From a virus (Duplodnaviria > Caudoviricetes): a DNA stretch of 28,755 nucleotides. Below are positions 1-6,112 of this stretch, piece after piece. The translations under genes and the position numbers were made by a program. The stretch spans positions 1 to 28,755 of IMG/VR virus record IMGVR_UViG_3300020727_000063. One strand, given 5' to 3'. The notes below the pieces were generated by a model that ran no database searches, was not told the origin of the DNA, and worked only from the letters and a program-made list of their open reading frames with translations. Positions within the stretch are counted from its first letter, which is position 1, and every line of letters begins with the position of its first letter.

Positions 1-302
1 CATTTAAACCTCTGGGGGACAAGATTATAGTCCGCCCAGATGTTCGTGTTTTAAGCGATGTAATCTATGTAGATAACAAAGAAGCTCAAAACATGGGAAC
101 AGTAGTGGCAGTAGGCCCTGGCAAGAAGCTAACTGCCGAGCGTAGAGAAGCAATGCCAATAGAAGTAGGTGCAAGAATCCGCTTTGGAACTATGAATGAT
201 GATCCTAAAGAGGAATATCTTAAATTCACGCCAATCGTTCACGAAGGTGAAAAATGTTTAATTCTTTCATGGCAGGATGTATGTTGGGTGGAAAATGAAT
301 AA
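1..302 (+). CDS. groES: GroES/Cpn10-like co-chaperonin, 5'-truncated by the window edge
   Basis: The frame of ORF 93..302 is open back to position 3: FKPLGDKIIVRP...MGTVVAVGPGK...EVGARIRF...EKCLILSWQDV. This matches the Cpn10 pattern (PLxDRVxV ... GxVvAVGxG ... VGDxV). Confidence 0.85.
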   Translation, partial: FKPLGDKIIVRPDVRVLSDVIYVDNKEAQNMGTVVAVGPGKKLTAERREAMPIEVGARIRFGTMNDDPKEEYLKFTPIVHEGEKCLILSWQDVCWVENE

Positions 303-846
303 TTTTTATACTTATGCTCATACAAAGCCTGATGGGTCTATTTTTTATATAGGTCAAGGCACAAAAAAACATAAACGTGCTTATCATAAAGGTGGTAGAA
401 GCGAATATTGGCATAGAATTGTTGATAAATATGGTTATAACGTAGAAATTTTGGCTGAATGGGAAACCTCTGAAGAAGCAAAAAATCATGAAATATTGTT
501 AATTTCTTGTCTTAAAGACATGGGAGTTAAACTTGTAAATCATACAAATGGTGGAGAAGGATTGTCAGGAATGACATTTTCTGAAGAACATAAAACAAAA
601 TTATCAAAAAGTAGAATTGGAAATCAATGGGCAAAAGGGCAAAAATGGTCTGAAAAATCTAAAAAATTAATTTCTGAATCAAATAAAAAACGAGGCCTTA
701 TGAATCCACAAACATTTAATTTTGCTGGAAAAAGCCATACTGAAGAACATAAAGAATATATGCGACAAAAAATGAATGGTCGTGTATTTTCTGATGAAAC
801 ACGAAAAAAAATGAGCGATGCTCAAAAACGTAGGTTTGCTGGGTAG
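295..846 (+). CDS. Free-standing GIY-YIG-like homing endonuclease with NUMOD3 repeats
   Basis: N-terminus FYTYAH..DGSIFYIGQG..KRAY..E..LVNHTNGGEG. C-terminal repeats FSEEHKTKLS, HTEEHKEYMR and FSDETRKKMSDAQK. More AT-rich than its neighbours. The ATG at 295 overlaps the groES end and is preferred over 277. Confidence 0.8.
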   Translation: MNNFYTYAHTKPDGSIFYIGQGTKKHKRAYHKGGRSEYWHRIVDKYGYNVEILAEWETSEEAKNHEILLISCLKDMGVKLVNHTNGGEGLSGMTFSEEHKTKLSKSRIGNQWAKGQKWSEKSKKLISESNKKRGLMNPQTFNFAGKSHTEEHKEYMRQKMNGRVFSDETRKKMSDAQKRRFAG

Positions 847-859
847 AATAGGGGAAAAA

Positions 860-1180
860 ATGTATAGTACATTACGCAAAATTTGGGATAGATTACAAGC
901 CATTTGGAAATGGATGCAAGACCAAGTAGAGCCTGAGCCTGTAAAACCATCTAATGCGTGGCATTTCCCTGTTAATGACGAAGTTAAACGTAAACCAGCC
1001 CTTAAAAAGGCTACAACTAGGAGCAAAACCATGCCTCTCAAAAAATCAGCCAGCAAAGCAGCATTTAAGTCAAACATTAAAGCCGAAGTAGAAGCTGGTA
1101 AGCCAGTAAAGCAAGCTGTTGCAATCGCATATAGCGAGAAACGTGCTGCAACTAAGAAAACCAAAGCTAAGAGAGTATAA
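860..1180 (+). CDS. Basic hypothetical protein with an internal in-frame start at 1031
   Basis: SD-like AGGGG precedes ATG 860. A second SD, AGGAG (1019-1023), precedes ATG 1031, which begins MPLKKSASKAAFKSNIKAEVEAGKPVKQAVAIAYSEKR, a small basic phage protein type. Confidence 0.6.
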   Translation: MYSTLRKIWDRLQAIWKWMQDQVEPEPVKPSNAWHFPVNDEVKRKPALKKATTRSKTMPLKKSASKAAFKSNIKAEVEAGKPVKQAVAIAYSEKRAATKKTKAKRV

Positions 1181-1182
1181 GA

Positions 1183-1359
1183 ATGATTACTTTTACAATA
1201 CAACAAGTAAACGAATTGCTACAAGCATTAGGACAATTACCTTATGTGTATAGCAAGAACCTCATAGATGGTATTAACGCTATTGCTCAAGCTCAGATGG
1301 ATGTTGCAAAAAAACAACAGTCTGATGAGATTAAAGAGCCTGATATTTCACAATCATAA
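1183..1359 (+). CDS. Hypothetical protein, 58 aa (not in the ORF track)
   Basis: ATG 1183 to TAA 1359 reads MITFTIQQVNELLQALGQLPYVYSKNLIDGINAIAQAQMD... and fills the gap between flanking genes. Confidence 0.7.
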   Translation: MITFTIQQVNELLQALGQLPYVYSKNLIDGINAIAQAQMDVAKKQQSDEIKEPDISQS

Positions 1360-1360
1360 G

Positions 1361-1378
1361 TGTTGTAAAAAAACAACA
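1361..1378. promoter_or_regulatory. Palindrome copy 1: TGTTGT-AAAAAA-ACAACA
   Basis: Perfect 6-bp inverted repeat with a 6-nt spacer just after a stop codon. Related copies at 2961, 5091 and 9056. Confidence 0.55.
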
Positions 1379-1389
1379 TAATCAAATAC

Positions 1390-1677
1390 ATGGAAATTGA
1401 GTCAAAAAAAGTAGGTGCGCCTCTTGGTAATAAAAACAATACCAAGAATAAGCTGTTCTTTGATCAAATTAAAAGGCACTTGACTCAGAATCCACAAAAG
1501 CTAGAAAAGATTGTTGAAACTCTTGTTGATTCTGCTCAAGAGGGTGAAGCATGGGCTGTCAAAGAGATTATGGACAGAGTTGACGGCAAAGCTCATCAAT
1601 CTACAAGCATAGAAGATGCAGAAGGTAATAACTTGATACAAGCTATTGAAGTCAGGTTTATAAAGCCAAGTGAGTGA
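1390..1677 (+). CDS. terS: Probable terminase small subunit
   Basis: GAPLGNKN N-terminal motif and AVKEIMDRVDGK motif. Lies directly upstream of, and overlaps, terL. Confidence 0.6.
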   Translation: MEIESKKVGAPLGNKNNTKNKLFFDQIKRHLTQNPQKLEKIVETLVDSAQEGEAWAVKEIMDRVDGKAHQSTSIEDAEGNNLIQAIEVRFIKPSE

Positions 1678-2956
1678 AATCACACCAGAAATTAGGAAAG
1701 CAGTTAGTGCGGTTGATTTTCCAATCAAGCTACAGTTTCTATTCGAGCCATCACGCTTTAAAGTGGCCCATGGTGGGCGAGGGTCTGGAAAATCTTGGGG
1801 ATATGCCAGGGCTTTGCTTGTAATAGGTGTTAAAAAAACAATTAGAGTTCTTTGTGCTCGTGAGTTTCAAAATTCTATTGCTCAATCTGTTCATAGATTA
1901 TTGGCAGACCAAATCATAGCTATGAAACTAGAGTCATTTTATGAAGTTACTCAAAACCAAATTAGAGGCAAAAATGGCACAGAATTTAACTTTGTAGGCT
2001 TAAAAAACAATCCAGCAAATATAAAATCTTATGAGGGAAGCACTCACGTTTGGATAGAAGAATCGCAAACCGTAAGTGATCGAAGTCTTGAAATTCTTAT
2101 TCCTACAATAAGAACGCCTGATTCAGAAATATGGATTACATTCAATCCTGAGCTAGAAACTGACCCTGTATATCAGCGATATGTATTAAATCCACCTGAT
2201 AACTGCAAAACAGTCAAAGTTAACTGGCAAGACAATCCTTGGTTTCCTGATGTTTTAAGACTTGAAAAAGATGCTCTTTTTAGTAGAGATAGGCAAGCCT
2301 ACAACACCGTTTGGGAAGGTTTATGCCGTCAGACGGTAGATGGTGCTGTATTTGCCAAAGAAGTCACTCTGGCTGAACTAGATGGAAGGATTTGCAATGT
2401 ACCTTACGATCCAATTAAGCCTGTTCACGCTGTATTTGATTTGGGCTGGGCAGATGCTACTGCTATTTGGTTTGTTCAGTTTATTGCTCAAGAAGTAAGG
2501 CTTATACGCTATTACGAGGATAATCAACAGACAATTGCTCATTATCTTGCTAAAATACAGTCCTATGGATACATTATCGACACTATTTGGTTGCCACATG
2601 ATGCTGGTAACAAAACTTTGGCCTCACATGGCAAAAGTATCGAAGAAATCGTCAGAGCTAGTAACTACAACACAAGAGTTATTGAACGCACACCTATCGT
2701 TGATTCGATCAATGCTGCACGAATGATGTTTAACAAGTGCTGGTTTGACCGCACGAATACGCACGAAGGCTTGCAATGCCTTAGACACTATAGATATGAC
2801 GTTGACCCAGACACCAAGCAATTTAGCCAAAAACCATTACACGACAACTACAGCCACGGAGCAGATGCTTTCCGTTACATCGGCCTTATGGTTAACGAGC
2901 CAAGAAAAGCAGCAAAACCCAAAACTTATCAACTACCGTCAAGTTGGATGGGGTAA
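1670..2956 (+). CDS. terL: Terminase large subunit (PBSX/XtmB-like)
   Basis: Walker A GGRGSGKS, CAREFQNSI, Walker B VWIEE, coupling motif TFNP, and nuclease motifs FDLGWADAT and HGADAFRY. GTG start. Confidence 0.95.
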   Translation: MSEITPEIRKAVSAVDFPIKLQFLFEPSRFKVAHGGRGSGKSWGYARALLVIGVKKTIRVLCAREFQNSIAQSVHRLLADQIIAMKLESFYEVTQNQIRGKNGTEFNFVGLKNNPANIKSYEGSTHVWIEESQTVSDRSLEILIPTIRTPDSEIWITFNPELETDPVYQRYVLNPPDNCKTVKVNWQDNPWFPDVLRLEKDALFSRDRQAYNTVWEGLCRQTVDGAVFAKEVTLAELDGRICNVPYDPIKPVHAVFDLGWADATAIWFVQFIAQEVRLIRYYEDNQQTIAHYLAKIQSYGYIIDTIWLPHDAGNKTLASHGKSIEEIVRASNYNTRVIERTPIVDSINAARMMFNKCWFDRTNTHEGLQCLRHYRYDVDPDTKQFSQKPLHDNYSHGADAFRYIGLMVNEPRKAAKPKTYQLPSSWMG

Positions 2957-2960
2957 AATG

Positions 2961-2978
2961 TGTAGTAAAAATACTACA
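2961..2978. promoter_or_regulatory. Palindrome copy 2: TGTAGT-AAAAAT-ACTACA
   Basis: Perfect inverted repeat with a compensatory change relative to copy 1, between terL and portal. Confidence 0.55.
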
Positions 2979-3014
2979 GTTGGCTTAAAATCAGCCAAAT
3001 ACTAAGGAATCCCT

Positions 3015-5090
3015 ATGGCATACGATAGCGTTGCAGACTCTCAATCAGACGGCAGAATTGAAGAAGCTAAACAGTTTCTACGTCTTTGTAACGATTCAGA
3101 TAGCAACAATCGTGCCGAAGCTCTTGACGATGTAAGGTTTGCGGCTGGTGATCAATGGCCTGTAGATGTACAAAACAGTCGTGTATTAGAAGCTCGCCCA
3201 TGCTTGACAATTAATAAGCTAGATGCTTATGTACGTCAAATCTGTAATCAGCAACGTCAACAACGCCCACGCATTAAAGTGCATGGCATGAACAATGAGT
3301 CAGATGCCAAAGTAGCTGAGATCATTACAGGCATCACTAGGCATATTGAAAACCAATCTGATGCTGACCAGGCGTATGACCATGCGTTTGAATATTGCGT
3401 AAAGATGGGTTGGGGCTACTGGCGTGTCACTACAGACTATATTAAGGATGATAGCTTTGACCAAGAAATCTACATTAAGCGCATTGAAAATCCTTTTAGC
3501 GTTTATTTTGACCCTAATTCTGTTCAACCAGACGGCAGCGATGCTGAAAAGTGCCTTGTTACAACAGTTGTTAGTAAAGCCGTGTTCCGCAAGATGTATC
3601 CCGATGCCGATGACGTACAGGGATTTTCCAGTAGAGGAACAGGCGATACGGAGTCGGAATGGGTTACAAAGGAAGATATACGCATAGCTGAGTATTTCTA
3701 TACTGAGCGTGAGAAAGCAATGATTATTCAGCTTTCAGACGGCACTACAGGCTATAGCGATGAAATGCCATCTAAAGAAGTGTTGGCTGCCGCAGGAATT
3801 ACAGTTATTGATAAGCGTGATACTTGGCGTAAAAAGATCAAATGGTGCAAGCTAACAGCTATGCAAATCCTTGAAGAAGGCGAATGGGCTGGTAAATACA
3901 TCCCAATCGTGCCTGTATATGGTCAAGAAGTCAGAGTTGATGACAAGCATAAGAAGTTTGGTTTAGTGCGTATGGCTAAAGACCCACAACGTATGTATAA
4001 CTACTGGGCTACTGCTCTGACTGAAACTGTAGCATTAGCTCCTAAAGCTAAATGGTTGCTTGCTGAAGGTCAAGACGAAGGCCACGAAAACGAATGGGCA
4101 ATGGCTAATATTAAAGCTATGCCTGTATTGCGTTACAAGCAAACTGACACAGAAGGCAGAACAGCACCAACGCCTGTAAGATTACAACCAGAACCACCAC
4201 CAGCAGGTGTTATGTCAGCATTACAAGGCATGAACCAAGATTTAATGGCTGTAGTAGGTATCTTTGACCCTGGACAATTGCCACAAGGACAACAATCAGG
4301 CAAAGCATTACAAGGTCAACAGCAACAAGCTGATATGACTAACTTTCACTACTATGACAATCTGACTCGCTCAATACGTCATACAGGTCGAATTATTCTT
4401 GATCTAATCCCTAAAATCTATGACCGTCAACGTGTAATGCGTATTATTGGCGATGATGGTAAGCCTGACATGGTTACTATTAACGAGCAAGGTCAAGACG
4501 AACAAGGCGTGTCTAAGGTCTTAAACGATGTAACTGTAGGCGAATATGACGTAGTAATGGAAACAGGCCCTGGCTACAATTCTAAACGTCAAGAAGCCGT
4601 AGATTCTATGATGGGCTTATTAGGTGCTGATCCTACATTGATGCAAACTGCTGGCGATCTAATCTTCCGCAACATGGACTTTCCAGGCGCAGAAATCATT
4701 GCAGACAGACTTGCAGCATCTAATCCTATGGCGCAAATTGACGATAAGTCACCAATTCCACCACAAGTACAGATGCAGTTGGCTCAGAGCAAACAACAGA
4801 TTCAACAGCTTCAGCAACAAATTCAAGCTGAAGAAATGGATAAGAAATATCGTGCTACTGTTCAACAGCAAGTACAAGAAGCTGAAACTCAGCGTGAGAA
4901 GATGCGTTTAGATGTTAAGCGTGAAGATACTCAAATGCGTACTGATACACAAGCGCATGACACAGTTATTAAGACTCAGACTCAATTAGAAGTAGAGCAG
5001 TTAAAAGCGCAAGTAGCTATCTTGCTTGCAAATATGGATCATAAACAAGCTGAATTAGCTAACGCAGAAACTACAGAGCGAGCAATTTAG
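3015..5090 (+). CDS. Portal protein, P22 gp1-like
   Basis: 691 aa after terL. Motifs GDQWP, RPCLTINKL, YIPIVPVYG, KDPQRMYNYW and GEYDVVMETGPGYNSKRQE, plus a Q-rich C-terminal coiled coil (barrel). SD AAGGA. Confidence 0.92.
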   Translation: MAYDSVADSQSDGRIEEAKQFLRLCNDSDSNNRAEALDDVRFAAGDQWPVDVQNSRVLEARPCLTINKLDAYVRQICNQQRQQRPRIKVHGMNNESDAKVAEIITGITRHIENQSDADQAYDHAFEYCVKMGWGYWRVTTDYIKDDSFDQEIYIKRIENPFSVYFDPNSVQPDGSDAEKCLVTTVVSKAVFRKMYPDADDVQGFSSRGTGDTESEWVTKEDIRIAEYFYTEREKAMIIQLSDGTTGYSDEMPSKEVLAAAGITVIDKRDTWRKKIKWCKLTAMQILEEGEWAGKYIPIVPVYGQEVRVDDKHKKFGLVRMAKDPQRMYNYWATALTETVALAPKAKWLLAEGQDEGHENEWAMANIKAMPVLRYKQTDTEGRTAPTPVRLQPEPPPAGVMSALQGMNQDLMAVVGIFDPGQLPQGQQSGKALQGQQQQADMTNFHYYDNLTRSIRHTGRIILDLIPKIYDRQRVMRIIGDDGKPDMVTINEQGQDEQGVSKVLNDVTVGEYDVVMETGPGYNSKRQEAVDSMMGLLGADPTLMQTAGDLIFRNMDFPGAEIIADRLAASNPMAQIDDKSPIPPQVQMQLAQSKQQIQQLQQQIQAEEMDKKYRATVQQQVQEAETQREKMRLDVKREDTQMRTDTQAHDTVIKTQTQLEVEQLKAQVAILLANMDHKQAELANAETTERAI

Positions 5091-5108
5091 TGTTGTAAAT
5101 AAGCAACA
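5091..5108. promoter_or_regulatory. Palindrome copy 3: TGTTGT-AAATAA-GCAACA
   Basis: Immediately after the portal stop, one mismatch. Followed by an extended -10-like TGtTATAAA (5113-5121). Confidence 0.5.
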
Positions 5109-5169
5109 TTTATGTTATAAAAGCATTTACCTACCAATGGGTTCATTGGGTTAATTCTTGGAGTTATCC

Positions 5170-6081
5170 ATGTCAGAAGCAAATGTAAGAACGGCAGATA
5201 ATGTCGTAACAAGCGATAATTTAGCGGAATGGACTGCTAATAAACTTGGTTTAGCTAGTGAAGAAGCCCCTGTTGCGGCTGAAGCAGTCGAGGAAACTCC
5301 TGATTCAGAGCCAACAATCAAGGCTGAAGCTGAGAGTGAACCAGAGGCAGAAGATGAAGCGCAAGTAACAGACAAGCCTAAACAAAATCCCAAACTTGAA
5401 AAACGATTTTCTGAGCTTACAAAACGAGCCAAACAAGCTGAGGCCGACAAAGCAAACTTAGAAGCACGTTTACAAGAACTTGAGAGCAGACAAACCCCTG
5501 CAACCCAACAAGTTGATCCTGTCATCGAAAAACCACAAGCATCGCAGTTTAATGATGCTTTTGAATACGCTGAAGCATTAGCTGAATGGAGCGCAGAAAA
5601 GGCATTAGAACAGCGTGATATACAAGAACAGCAACGCAAAGTAGATGAACAGAGAAACGAAGTAATCAAGTCGTGGTCTGCAAAACTCGAAGCTGCTAAA
5701 GCTGATCTTCCTGACTTTGACGATATGGTAGCTTCTAGCAATGTACAAGTACGAGATGAAGTACGAGATGCAATCCTAGAATCAGATGTAGGCCCACAAA
5801 TCCTATATCACCTAGCATCAGATGACGATTACGCTAATAAATTGGCAGCAATGCCGACTAATAAAGCACTCAAGGAATTAGGGAAATTGGAAGTTCAATT
5901 CGAGCGTAAAGAAGCTCCTATTGAGAAAAGCGAACCTGTTGCTAGAAGTAAAGCACCAGCACCGATTAAGCCAATCACAGCAGGAAAAGGAACGTCTGAC
6001 GTTCTCATTGACGGAAATGGCGCATTTCATGGCACATACGCTCAATGGAAAGCTGCAAGACAGGCTAAACGGATACGCTGA
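5170..6081 (+). CDS. Capsid scaffolding protein
   Basis: Acidic N-terminus, coiled coil (LEKRFSELTKR) and basic C-terminus (YAQWKAARQAKRIR). Lies between portal and capsid. SD GGAG precedes ATG 5170. Confidence 0.85.
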   Translation: MSEANVRTADNVVTSDNLAEWTANKLGLASEEAPVAAEAVEETPDSEPTIKAEAESEPEAEDEAQVTDKPKQNPKLEKRFSELTKRAKQAEADKANLEARLQELESRQTPATQQVDPVIEKPQASQFNDAFEYAEALAEWSAEKALEQRDIQEQQRKVDEQRNEVIKSWSAKLEAAKADLPDFDDMVASSNVQVRDEVRDAILESDVGPQILYHLASDDDYANKLAAMPTNKALKELGKLEVQFERKEAPIEKSEPVARSKAPAPIKPITAGKGTSDVLIDGNGAFHGTYAQWKAARQAKRIR

Positions 6082-6112
6082 TAAACCCAATATTTAATAA
6101 AGGAAATAAATC

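Noticed and set aside
2745-3005. 86-aa ORF overlapping the terL 3' end
   Set aside because: It is an off-frame overlap with the conserved nuclease domain, has no SD, and runs through the intergenic palindrome.
5151-5741. Long antisense ORFs (679..1206, 5151..5741, 9849..10295 and others) and off-frame + ORFs within structural genes
   Set aside because: They are shadows of strongly biased sense genes, with no SD or recognisable motifs. Only the embedded Rz1 has independent support.
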